The position numbers and the translations under genes are program-made. A stretch of DNA of 64,000 nt from an uncultured delta proteobacterium (lineage in GTDB: Bacteria > Myxococcota > Myxococcia > Myxococcales > Anaeromyxobacteraceae): positions 544,001 through 608,000 of the forward strand of contig CAVYBH010000012.1 of the NCBI GenBank assembly GCA_963766715.1, read 5' to 3'. Below, piece after piece: positions 43,886 through 58,504 of this stretch (its first letter is position 1; each line of letters opens with the position of its first letter). The notes under the pieces were generated by a model. That model was not told where the DNA came from and made no database searches. It saw nothing but the letters and a program-made list of their open reading frames with translations.

Positions 43886-44575
43886 ATGGAAGCCTTGACC
43901 GATCGGCAACTCGAGGTCCTTCGCTACATCGCGCGGCAGATCGAGGATCAGGGCTACCCGCCCACGATCCGGGAGATCGGCGAGGCGCTCGACATCCGCT
44001 CCACCAACGGCGTGAACGACCATCTCAAGGCGCTCGAGCGCAAGGGGTACCTCACCCGCGACCCCGTGAAGTCCCGCGCCCTCATCCCCACGCAGCGAGC
44101 CCGCGAGGCCCTCACCGGCGGGGGCGGCGGCGCCAAGGTCATCTCGCTCGCCTCCCGCTCGATCTCTCGCACGCCCTCCCGCCTGGTCGAGGTCCCCATC
44201 GTCGGGCGGGTCGCGGCCGGCCAGCCCATCCTCGCCGAGGAGCGGATCGAGGACACCGTCCAGGTCGACTCCTTCTTCCTCGGCGCCGGCCGCAAGGTCT
44301 ACGGCCTGCGAGTCCAGGGCGACTCGATGATCGGCGACGGCATCCTGCCTGGCGACTACATCTTCGTCCGCAAGCAGCTGAACGCCGACGACGGGGACAT
44401 CGTGGTCGCGATGATCGACGACGAGGCCACCGTGAAGCGGGTGTACTTCGAGGGCGACCGGATCCGCTTCCAGCCCTCCAATCCGCGCATGGCTCCCATC
44501 TACGTCCGCGAGGAGGACTTCCGCAGCACCATGATCCTCGGGGTGGTGGTGGGCATCTACCGCCGGCTGCAGTAG
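43886..44575 (+). CDS. lexA: SOS repressor LexA
   Basis: GYPPTIREIG, GRVAAGQPILA cleavage site, GDSM, EATVKR. Confidence 0.97.
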   Translation: MEALTDRQLEVLRYIARQIEDQGYPPTIREIGEALDIRSTNGVNDHLKALERKGYLTRDPVKSRALIPTQRAREALTGGGGGAKVISLASRSISRTPSRLVEVPIVGRVAAGQPILAEERIEDTVQVDSFFLGAGRKVYGLRVQGDSMIGDGILPGDYIFVRKQLNADDGDIVVAMIDDEATVKRVYFEGDRIRFQPSNPRMAPIYVREEDFRSTMILGVVVGIYRRLQ

Positions 44576-44577
44576 CC

Positions 44578-45886
44578 CTACCCGCGCGTCTTCGCCTGGC
44601 GGATGTAGCGGTCGAGGTCCTCGCGGTCGATCAGCGAGAGGATCTCCACCACGTTCTGCCGCTCCGGGCGCCGGTAGATGAGCCGGACGTCGGTGGCGAC
44701 GCGGACCCGGTAGTAGCCCGGAAGACCTTCGAGCGGCAGGGCCCGCAGGCTCGGGTGCCGGTGGTCGAGCGCGAGCAGGTGCGCCTGCTTGAACGCGGCT
44801 CGCTGGATGCGCCGATCCCACCCGTCGAGCGAGTCGTAGAACTCCCGCGTGTACACGGGGAAGAGCCAGGTCTCGACCTCTCCCGCCTCCGCTTCCTCGG
44901 ACGCCTGCGGGGCGCGCTCCGCTCTTCCCTCGGCCGGCGCCCCCGCGCGCTCGCTGCGTGCGCGGTCGAGCTCCGTTTCCAGCTCCCGCTCCCGCTCGCG
45001 GAGGCGTTCCACCCGGGACTCGAGCGCCCCGACCTTGCCGGCCAGGTCCTTCGCCTCGCCGCGCGCCCGCTGCGCCTCGAGTGCGGCGTCGGCGGAGCGG
45101 AGCAGGTCCATCTCCGCACGGATCCGGGCGTGCTCGCGCCGTGCCTCGGCGGCTTCCTCCCGCGCCCGGGCGGACTCCTCGAGCGCCTGCGATTCCCGCG
45201 CCCGGGCCTCCTTGAGCGAGCCCTGCAGCTTCTCCCGCTGCTCCTCGCCTCGCTTCCGGGCTTCCTCGGCGCGCGCCTCGCCCTTCTCCTCCGCCTCCTG
45301 GAGCCGGCGCTGCGCCTGGGCGAGGCTGGCCTCCAGGCGCCCGAGGCGGACCGAAGGCTCCTCGTCGGAAGGTCTCTCGGCTGCCTCGCCCTTGCCACCC
45401 TCCGGCGGGCCGAAGTAGTGGGCCGCGAGCTCGTCGAGGAGCGGGCGGGCCCGCGCGCGGACCTCCTGGCTCCGGTCGGAGAGCACGCGCCAGACGCAGA
45501 GCGCCAGCGCGGCGTCCCCGCTCCCCACCGAGAGCAGGTCGGCGGCCTCCTCGACCCCGAGGCCGAGCCGGGCGAGCGGCGGGGTCTCGAAGGCCTTCGC
45601 CAGGGCCGCGAGCACCGGCGCCGAGGACGGCGGATGCGCCCGGATCTCGTCGGCGATCACGTCGCAGCGCTCGACGTCCCCGAGGGCCTCGGTCCGGAAG
45701 CCCGGGCACGCCGAGCCCGAGCTCCTTCACGATGGCGCGGGTCTCCTCGGGAAGGAGGGCCACGTAGAGGAAGACGGAGAGCTGGTCGCGGCTGAGCTCG
45801 TCGAGGGGGGCGTCGCGGGTCTGGATCGCGGGCACCCCACGCCCTGCGCCCTTGACCTTCCCCTTCGCCTTCGCCGGGTTCGCCAT
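44578..45886 (-). CDS. Coiled-coil protein with C-terminal RelE/ParE-like domain (frameshift near 45703)
   Basis: Long E/R/A heptad region; C-terminus YTREFYDSL...HPSLRALPLEG...YRVRVATDVRLIYR. Confidence 0.75.
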
Positions 45887-45905
45887 CCTCGGGACCCCGA
45901 CCGGC

Positions 45906-46742
45906 TCAGCCTGCGCTCGCGAGGACGACCTGCGTCGAGCGGATGCCGCTCCGGTCGACCTCGTACACGTAGCCGCGGGCGCGCCGGACGGGCTCCTCGG
46001 CGACGCGGCTCGCGGACCCCGCGCAGAGAACGGGGGTCGTGCCCGCCGCGCCGGGGATGTCGATCCGGAAGGCGCAGTGCCGGTGGCCGTGGAGCACGCC
46101 GGCGATGCGGACGTCGGAGACCAGCCGGATCAACTTGTCCGCGTCCGCGAGCGGCGTCCGGGCCACGGCGAGGTCGCTGGGAATCCGCTCCCTCGGCAGC
46201 ATGAGGTGGTGATGGAGGGCGAGGAGGACCGCCCGCCCCTCCTTGGCGTGCTCGCGGACCAGTTCCCGGCAGGCCTGGAGCTGCGCCGAGCCGATCCGTC
46301 CCGGCGTCTCGAACGGCTCGTCGCCGAAGCGGGAGCTGTCGAGCGCCACGATGGCCACCTCCGGAGACGGCAGCGCCGCGAACGGATAGCTGGGCGCCGG
46401 CTTGCGCATCCCGCGCCCGTCCGGTCCGACCATCCGGAGGAACCGCGAGGTCTTCACCGCCTCGGCCGTCCAGACGTCGTGGTTGCCGGGGACGACCGTC
46501 AGCTTGCCGGCATCCGCGAATCGCCGCAGCAGCTTCGCCGCGCGCTCGAACTCGGCGGCCTCGGAGGAGAGCGTCAGGTCGCCGGTGACGACGAGGTGAT
46601 CGACCCCGGCCTTCTCCACCTCCTCGACCACGCGCTGGGCGAGCCGGTTCGAGTGGCGGTCGCAGTCGCGCGGGGCGTACCCGTTACGGGGGTAACGCCC
46701 GCGGTCCGACAGGTGGAGGTCGCTGATGTGGCCGAGGCGCAA
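45906..46742 (-). CDS. Calcineurin-like metallophosphoesterase (Icc/CpdA-like)
   Basis: HISDLH, TGDLT, PGNHD, LHHH, HGHRH. Confidence 0.9.
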   Translation of the reverse strand: MRLGHISDLHLSDRGRYPRNGYAPRDCDRHSNRLAQRVVEEVEKAGVDHLVVTGDLTLSSEAAEFERAAKLLRRFADAGKLTVVPGNHDVWTAEAVKTSRFLRMVGPDGRGMRKPAPSYPFAALPSPEVAIVALDSSRFGDEPFETPGRIGSAQLQACRELVREHAKEGRAVLLALHHHLMLPRERIPSDLAVARTPLADADKLIRLVSDVRIAGVLHGHRHCAFRIDIPGAAGTTPVLCAGSASRVAEEPVRRARGYVYEVDRSGIRSTQVVLASAG

Positions 46743-46927
46743 GTGCCCGGATGCTATCGACCGCGGGGAGACGGTGTCAAACCGTGACCGCGCCGCTTGA
46801 CCGCCCCCTTTCCAGCCTTAGATCTTTGGACATGGTCCAGAAGTCTGGTCAGGGCGCCGGTTTTCCATCTGGTAAGCTCGATGCGCCGGAGCCGCCTGTC
46901 TCCGAGGAACTCGAGAAGGAGCACGCC

Positions 46928-49395
<2,468 letters not shown>

Positions 49396-49402
49396 CGAGC
49401 CA

Positions 49403-49434
49403 CGGGTAGGGCCGCCCCACGGTGGCCCTACCCG
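49403..49434 (+). terminator. Strong hairpin after lon (no U-tract)
   Basis: CGGGTAGGGCCGCC-CCAC-GGTGGCCCTACCCG. Confidence 0.55.
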
Positions 49435-49474
49435 GACACCCGTGTCATAGTGCTCCGGGCGACATCGGATCGAG

Positions 49475-51344
49475 GTGTCGCATCTCCAGGGGAGTGCCTT
49501 GATTCGCCGGATCGACCGCTACGAGCTCCTCGAGCAGGTAGGAACCGGTGGAATGTCGGTCGTCTATCGTGGTCGCGACACCGCGCTCGATCGCGAGGTC
49601 GCGGTCAAGATCCTGCACCCCCACCTCGCGACCAAGGCCGAGTCCCGGGCTCGCTTCTCCCGGGAGGCACGCGCGGTGGCCCGGCTCTCCCATCCGGGGA
49701 TCGTGGAGATCTTCGACTACTCCGGCGACGCCACCGACGAGAGCTGGCTCGTCACCGAGTTCGTGCGGGGCCGGACCCTTCGCGCCTTCGCCGACGAGAT
49801 GGGCATCCCGCTGCCGGAGTGCGGCGCGCTCGTGGGCGTGGCGCTGGCCGACGCGCTCGTCCACGCCCACGCGGCCGGCGTCATCCACCGGGACCTGAAG
49901 CCCGAGAACGTCATGATCGACGAGATCGGGGAGCGCCCCTCGGTGAAGCTGGCCGACTTCGGGATCGCCCGGATCCTGTCCCAGGACGACCGGATGACGA
50001 TGACGGGAGCGCTGGTCGGCTCGCCCAACCACATGGCGCCCGAGATCGTCGAGGGACGCGAGGCGGACGAGCGGTCCGACGTCTTCTCCCTGGGGACCAT
50101 CCTCTACTGGCTCTGCACCGGACGGTTTCCCTTCGACGCCCCGAACCCCACCGCCACCCTCCGGCGACTGGTGACCGGCGACTTCCAGGATCCCCGCAGC
50201 GCGAGCCCTGCGCTGAGCGAGCCCTTCGCCCGGATCATCCGCTCCACCCTCGCCCACGACCCGGAAGCGCGCCCCAGGAGCGCGGCGGACGTTCGCGATC
50301 AGCTCCTCGCGGCGTTGCGGCAGGACGGCATCGATCGCCCGGAGGAGAGCCTGGTCGAGTTCCTGACCGATCCCCAGGGCATGGCCGCGGCGCTCCGCCC
50401 CCGGCTCGTCGCGATACGCCTTCGACGCGGGGAGGAGCACCTCGCGCGCGGGGAGACCGCGCATGGCGCTCGACGCCTTCGACGGGGTACTCGCCCTCGA
50501 GCCCGGCCAGCCGGACGTCCTGCGTCACCTGGAGGCGATTGGCCGGCGGGACAGGAATCGCCGCTGGATCCGTCGCGGGGCTGCTGGCCGCAGGCGGCGC
50601 CGTGGTTCTCGGCCTCTCCGCCTTCGCGCTGGCTCGCTTCCCGGGTCGTTCGGCCCGCACGGCCGAGCCCGCTGGCGCGGCCGGTCACCTGCCGCGATGC
50701 CGGCCCGAAGCCCGCGACCGAAACCGCACCGGCAGGGGCTCCTGCTGCCGGGACCCCCGCGGTCGCCCCGGCAAAGCCAGGCCCGGTGAGCCGGCACTCC
50801 GCCTCCCCCGGCGGCTGCCTCCCCGGCGCCCTCGGCCTCGCCGGCGAAGGGCGGGGCCCGACTGGCGGCTGCCTCCGTTCCCCTCACCGTCCACGTCCGT
50901 CCCTACGCCCAGCGCGCCCTTCTCGACGGCGTCGAGGTGGCCTCCGGGCAGCAACGGGTGGTGTTCCAGCTCACCCCGGGCACCCATCGCCTCCGCATCG
51001 AGCACCCGTGCTGCGAGCCCTTCGAGCGGGACCTGGACACGGCCACGGCCGTTCCGGGCGGCGAGCTCAAGATTCCGCTCACGCCACGGCCGGGCAGCCT
51101 CCGGGTGACCGGCGAGCCGGCCACGCGCGTCTTCCTGGACGGCAAGCTCCTGGGAACGGCCGGCGACTCCCAGCGCGAGCCCTTCCGGGTCCCGGTCCCG
51201 CAGGACGGCCAGAGCCCGTACGAAGGCGAGGGCGAGCTCCGCCTCGAGCCGCCCGGCCGCCCAACCGCCACCGCTCCCGTCCGCATCCGGGCCGGCCAGG
51301 AGATCACCGTCCCGGTCGTGCAGCCGGAGGACCCCAGCCGATGA
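49475..51344 (+). CDS. Membrane Ser/Thr protein kinase with C-terminal PEGA-like domains (frameshifts 50460-50880)
   Basis: GTGGMSVVY, VAVK, HRDLKPEN, DFGIAR, MAPE, SDVFSLG; TM segment; VFLDGKLLG. Confidence 0.88.
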
Positions 51345-52185
51345 TCGCGCTCCTGCTCGCGCTGGCCCTCGCCACCCCCGACGCCGACGTGAAGCGCGCC
51401 AGGGACCGCTACGAGTTCGGGGCCTACGCCGACGCCGCCGGTGCGGTTCGCGAGATGCTTTCCCATACGCCCGGAGCTCCCGGAGCCGCTGGCCGTGGAG
51501 GCCTACCGGATCCTCGGCCTCTCCGAGTACCAGCTCGGGGACAAGGCGGCCGCCCGGACGGCCTTCGTCCACCTGCTCTCCATCGACCCCGATCAGACGC
51601 TCGACCCGTTCCTCGTGCCCCCGCCCATCGTGGAGTTCTTCGACAAGGTGCGCCTCGAGGCCGAGCCCGAGCTGGCGCCGCTGCGCGAGCGGAAGAAGCA
51701 GCTGAAGGAGCAGGAGCGGCTCGCCGAGGAGGCCCGCCGCCGCCTCCTGGCGGAGGAGCAGAATCCGCAGCGGCCCACCCTCCAAGATCGTGGTGGTGCA
51801 GGAGCACATCTACCTGCTCAACTTCCTGCCCTTCGGCGTCGGCCAGTTCCAGAACGGCGACAACACGAAGGGGATCATCATCGCCGTCTCGCAGGTGGTC
51901 CTGGGCGCGGTCAACATCGGCGCCATCTTCGCGCACAACGCCATCGCCGACAATCCGTCCCGGCGATGCTCGGTCTCCACGCCGAACAACTGCAGCAACC
52001 CGCCCATCCCCGACTCGGATCGCGCGCTCCTGCAGAGCATCGACATCGTGAAGTACGTCTCCGCCGGCCTGTTCTGGGGCGTCTACGTCTACGGCGTGGC
52101 CGACTCCCTGGTCCACTACGTCCCGCGCATCGAGACCGAGATCGGGCCCGGCAAGACCGCCGTGAAGCTCTCGTGGGCGTTCTAG
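51341..52185 (+). CDS. Exported TPR-like protein (frameshifts near 51470 and 51770)
   Basis: MIALLLALALA signal peptide, YEFGAY, AYRILGLSEYQLG, PFGVGQFQNG; ATGA overlap with the kinase. Confidence 0.7.
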
Positions 52186-52193
52186 GAGACCAC

Positions 52194-54005
<1,812 letters not shown>

Positions 54006-54009
<4 letters not shown>

Positions 54010-54594
54010 GGACCAGCGGGACCATGCGGCTCGGCGCCGTCCTCGCCGCGGCCTTCGCCGGCGCGGCGATCCTGGGAGGTTGCCCGATCCCGCAGCCCCT
54101 GCCGGGCGTCGGCTCCATCGACGGAGGCCGACCCATCACGCCGCCCCGCGTGCTCACCAGCAGCGCCGTGCCCGGGCTGGCCATGACGGACTACGGTCCG
54201 CTGGCGAGCTGCCCGCCCGGCTCCGACTTCGACGTCTCGGCCACGGTGGTCGACGAGAACACCGAGGAGCCGGTCGAGGTTCGATGGTTCGTGGACTACG
54301 ACCCGGACAACCAGCTGCTTGCGGACGCCGCTCTTCGTCGAGACGCTCCCGCCGCCCACCGATGCGACGCAGTACCTCCGCTACCCCAAGATCTTCACGT
54401 TCGTGCCCTGGGACTTCGATCGGCCGACCGAGCGCGTGCACGTGGTGGAGATGACCATCTCGAACGGCTTCCTGCCCGTGGGCGATCCCGTTCCTCCGGG
54501 ATCCCTGCCCAACCGCACCGCGGCGACGGGGTACGAGGTCCAGGTCTTCCGGTGGACGTTCCGGCCCACCCCGACGGGCGGCTGCGGCCCCTGA
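54006..54594 (+). CDS. Hypothetical lipoprotein (frameshift near 54320)
   Basis: AILGGC lipobox; VVDENTEEPVEVRWFVDY; ATGA overlap with the activator gene. Confidence 0.7.
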
Positions 54595-54601
54595 GCCGGC
54601 C

Positions 54602-55138
54602 TCAGCGCGTCGGGCGGGTGGCCTCGCGCGCGTGGCCGAGGGCCTCGGCGGCCGCACGGGCCAGCTCGCCCTGCTCCTCCGCGAAGCGATTCACCTGGGT
54701 GGTGTAGGCCCGGTGCAGCGCCAGCATGGCGTCCCGGGCGGCCGCCATCTCCGCGCGCTGCTCGGACCATTCACCCTTGGTGACATCGAGGCGGCAGCGG
54801 TCGGAGAGGTCCCCCACCCGCTCCTCCCAGCGCGGCGCCCAGTCACGCCAGGCGGCGAGCGGCGTCGAGCCCTCGAAGTGCGAGCCCATGGCCCAGGCGC
54901 GCTGGTTCTGCTCCTGGTAGAGCGCGTCCAGGTCGTCCATGCAGACCCGGAGCGTGGCGCGGGTCGGCAGGGCGCTCGTGGCCACCGGAGGCGCCCGGCG
55001 ACCCCGGCCGCGCAGGGTCTTCACGACGCTCGTGACGAGGAAGCCGACGGCCACCGCGATGGCGACGAAATAGAAGATCCATGCGGCCGTCCGGTACGGG
55101 CGGAGCCTGGGGTCGCGCGGAGGGGCCACGGCGCGCAA
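54602..55138 (-). CDS. Hypothetical protein with N-terminal TM helix
   Basis: WIFYFVAIAVAVGFLV helix followed by a helical domain with two Cys. Confidence 0.7.
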   Translation of the reverse strand: MRAVAPPRDPRLRPYRTAAWIFYFVAIAVAVGFLVTSVVKTLRGRGRRAPPVATSALPTRATLRVCMDDLDALYQEQNQRAWAMGSHFEGSTPLAAWRDWAPRWEERVGDLSDRCRLDVTKGEWSEQRAEMAAARDAMLALHRAYTTQVNRFAEEQGELARAAAEALGHAREATRPTR

Positions 55139-55165
55139 TCTGCCACTTGCTCCCCGGAGCCGTCC

Positions 55166-55204
55166 AGCATTTCAATTGTGAAATGCTCGGGATTCACTTA
55201 TGAA
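55166..55204 (+). promoter_or_regulatory. Tandem palindromic enhancer-like sites (candidate activator UAS)
   Basis: AGCATTTCA-ATTG-TGAAATGCT perfect inverted repeat and a second TTCA-CTTA-TGAA 22 bp downstream. Confidence 0.7.
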
Positions 55205-55280
55205 ACATTGACTTGCCCCCCTACCGGGTACTCCACCTGGACAAGGCCCTGATCCCGGCGGGTTGCCCGCCCGATATCCC

Positions 55281-55296
55281 TGGCCCCAGCCTTGCT
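55281..55296 (+). promoter_or_regulatory. Sigma54 -24/-12 promoter
   Basis: TGGCCCCAGCCTTGCT: GG-N10-GC spacing with TGGC and TTGCT; predicted start near 55307. Confidence 0.72.
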
Positions 55297-55306
55297 AATG
55301 AGAAGG

Positions 55307-55445
55307 CCGAGGAGCGTCACGGGTCGTCGAGGGAATCTCCCCCCCCGCAACCCCTATGGCGGCCTGGCGGCGCTTCGTCACACGGGAGGGGGCTTCCGGT
55401 CGGTCAACTCGTCCGACACCAGGCATCCGGCCGGGAGCCCGCCCA
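55307..55445 (+). ncRNA. Candidate sigma54-dependent small RNA
   Basis: Downstream of UAS and -24/-12 promoter, no credible ORF before the convergent mutL stop; C-run and a 14-bp terminal hairpin. Confidence 0.5.
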
Positions 55446-55454
55446 CTCCACCCC

Positions 55455-57272
55455 TCAGCGACGGCCCACCCGCTTCTCCAGCTCGGAGAGCGGCAGTTCC
55501 ACGACCACCGGGCGCCCGTGCGGGCATCGGGCCTTGAAGTCGATGGCGTCCAGCCCGTCGAGGAGCGCCCTGACCTCCTCGCGCCCCAGGTCCTGGTTGG
55601 CTCGAACCGCCGCGTGACAGGCCATGGTGGCGAGCAGGTGGTCGAGCGCCTCGTCGAGCGCGCTGCCCCGCTCGGCTTCCTCGATCTGCTGGGCCAGGTC
55701 GGTGAGCAGCGGGCCCATGCTCGCGCCGCCCAGGAGTGCGGGCGCGCTCTTCACCGCGAAGGCGTCACCGCCGAAGGGCTCCACCTCGAGCCCCACCCGC
55801 CCGAGCTCCTCGACCGCGCCCTCGATGGCCCGCGCCGCCGGCCGGCGGCAGGGTCACCACAGGGGGGACGAGGAAGGGCTGCAGGTCGAGCCCTCGCGTC
55901 CGCATCGCCTCCCGAAGGCGGTGGAACAGGAGCCGCTCGTGGCTCGCGTGCTGGTCGATCACGACCAAGGCGCCCGCCGGAGACGCGCAGAGCAGGTAGG
56001 TGCGCTCGTGCTGTCCGATGTAGCGAAGGGAGCCGAAGTAGCCGTGCGCCGCCGCCGGTTCCGGCCGGGGCGACAGGGCGACGGGACCGGACGGAGCCGA
56101 ACCCGGAGCCGGCCCGAACGGGAGAGAGCCCGGCAGCTCCCGCCCAGGAAGGCGAGCGGCGTCGAGCACGGCGGCCACCTCCTCTGCCGTGGCCTCGGCC
56201 GCGATCGACGCCGGAGGGGCGACCTGGCTGGACGCGTGGCGGGCGGGGAAGGATGCTGGCCGTGCCGGAGCCAGGGCGACGGCCGCAGCGCCTCGGAGAC
56301 GGCGTGGTGCACGGCATCGGTGGCCGCGCGCGCGTCCTGGAATCGCACCTCCAGCTTCTGCGGATGGACGTTCACGTCGACCCGCTCGAGCGGCGTCTCG
56401 AGGAAGAGCACGCCTGCCGGGTGGCGACCGGCGGGCAAGGAACCCGCGTAGGCGCGCAGGACCGAGTAGGCGAGCGCGCGATCCCGGATGAACCGGCCGT
56501 TCACGAAGAGGTAGAGCCCCCGCGACGTCGCGCCGGAGTGGTCCGGGGAGGTGACCACCCCGTGCACCCGGAACTCTCCCCGGCTCGCGTCGATGGCGAT
56601 CAGGTGGCGGGCAGCCTCCCGGCCCAGCGCCACCGCGGCCCGCTCCTCCACCGTCGCCCCCGCGGCCGTGGCCATGGTCGAGCGCCCTCCGGATCGGAGC
56701 GTGAACCCGACGTCCCGCCGGGCGAGGGCGAGGCGCACCACCGCCTCCGACGCATGGCCGGACTCGGCGGGAGGGGATCGCATGAACTTGCGACGGGCCG
56801 GCGTGTTGTAGAAGAGGTCCCGGACCTCGATGGTGGTCCCCCGCGCTCGCGCCACCTCCTCCACCGCGACGAGCCGCCCGCCCTCGACGGCGATCCGGGT
56901 TCCCACCACGACGCCGGCCTCTCCTTCCGGGCAGGTGTCGATCCGGAGGCGGGAGACCGAGGCGATGGCCGGGATCGCCTCGCCCCGGAACCCCATGGTG
57001 GCGATGGCCGAGAGGCCGTGAACGTCCCGGAGCTTGGAGGTGGCGTGCCGCTCGAGGGAGAGGACGGCGTCGTCGCGGCCCATGCCGGAGCCGTCGTCGG
57101 AGACCCGGACGAGGGACAGGCCGCCGTCGTCGATGTCGACCTGGATGGATCGAGCCCCCGCGTCGAGGGAGTTCTCGACCAGCTCCTTGACGATGGAGGC
57201 TGGCCGCTCGACCACCTCTCCGGCGGCGATCTGGTTCACGAGCCCCGGAGGGAGCACCTGGATGCGCGTCAC
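55455..57272 (-). CDS. mutL: DNA mismatch repair protein MutL (frameshifts between about 55840 and 56250)
   Basis: [64 protein letters not shown]. Confidence 0.95.
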
Positions 57273-57336
57273 GGTACCTCCTACCACGCCGATCCGACCG
57301 TTTGACGGGGGCGCCCTTCCCCTGTACGAAACCGGC

Positions 57337-58504
57337 ATGTCCACGAGAAACCGGAAGCCGGCGCGCGCCCCCAAGGCCCGTCGCCCGGTCCTCGGCAACG
57401 ACCCGTTCGCCCGCGGAGCCGCTCCGCGCGCTGCGGCGACGGTCCCGAGCCCCGTCCCGGCCCCGCGTCGGCCGATGGACCCCGGCTGCGCCGGCGTCCC
57501 GGCCGGCCATCCGTCCCCCGCCACGGGCACGCCGCCGGTGGCCGCCTCCACCGCTTCTCCCGCCCACCCCAGCCGGAAGGGTCCACGTCGGCGAGGGAGA
57601 GTCCCAGCTGGCGGAGGCTGCGCGCCGGACCGGGCCGGCCGCCTACACGGACGAGCTCCGCGAGCTGCTCGTCCGCCTCCTCCCCGCCTTGCGCGACTCG
57701 CTCGCGCCGCTGGCCTCCCTCGCCAGCCTGCTCGGCGCACCCGCCCGTCTCGACGAGTACGGGATGGACCCGGATCTGCCCAGGCGCGCCCGCACCGTCC
57801 TCGAGTTCTTCCTGGACACCTGGTGGCGCGTCGACGTGCACGGGGCCGCGCTGCTCCCGGAGCAGCCGGTCGTGGTGGTCGCGAACCACGGCGGGACGCT
57901 CGCCTGGGACGCGCTCGTCCTCCGCGCAGCCGCCGCCCGGCCACCCGCCCCGCGCGAGCTCCGGCCGCTGCTCGATGCCCGCGCGCTGGCCGCCCCGATC
58001 ATCGGGCCGCTCCTCGTCCGCATGGGCGCCGCCCCGCTCCGGCCCGAGGTGGCGCTGTCCTTGCTCGACCGGGGCTCCAGCATCGCGCTCTTCCCCGAGG
58101 GACCGCGCGACGCACCGCGCCCCTGGGGCGACCGCTACCGGGTCATCCGGTTCGGCCGCGGCGGCTTCGCCCGGGTGGCGGCTCTCGCCCGCGCGCCCAT
58201 CGTTCCCTGCGCCATCGTGGGGAGCGAGGAGGCGTCCGCGCCCTTCGACCGGCGGGGCTGGCTCGCCGAGGCGCTGCGCCTGCCCCTGCTGGCCGTGGCG
58301 CCCGCGCTTCCGATCGCCTCGCCACTGGGATGGCTGCCGCTGCCGTCGCGCTGGTCGATCCGGTTCGGCGCACCCGTCGCCCCGCCGCCGCCGGACAAGG
58401 CGGACGACGCTGCGGCGATGGCGACCGTGGCGGAACGGGTGCGCGCCGAGCTACAGCGCATGCTCGACGCGGATCTCGCCGCTCGCCGGTCGGTCTTCCT
58501 GTAG
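57337..58504 (+). CDS. Lysophospholipid/glycerol acyltransferase with Pro-rich N-terminus (frameshifted)
   Basis: [46 protein letters not shown]. Confidence 0.82.

Noticed and set aside
41179..45886. Giant ORFs of 1538 aa (+) and 1247 aa (-)
   Set aside because: Each is a real N-terminus (ubiB-like kinase; RelE-domain protein) that frameshifts and runs on through stop-poor GC-rich DNA over other genes.
55300..55450. tRNA, tRNA-Sec, SRP or 6S RNA identity for the structured region
   Set aside because: No cloverleaf or T-loop, no SRP domain IV motif, and too short for a 6S-type rod on either strand by eye.
55292..57305. ORFs starting at 55292/55298 and 55356 as products of the sigma54 promoter
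   Set aside because: The first starts upstream of the predicted transcription start; the second lacks an RBS and is an antisense shadow of mutL.
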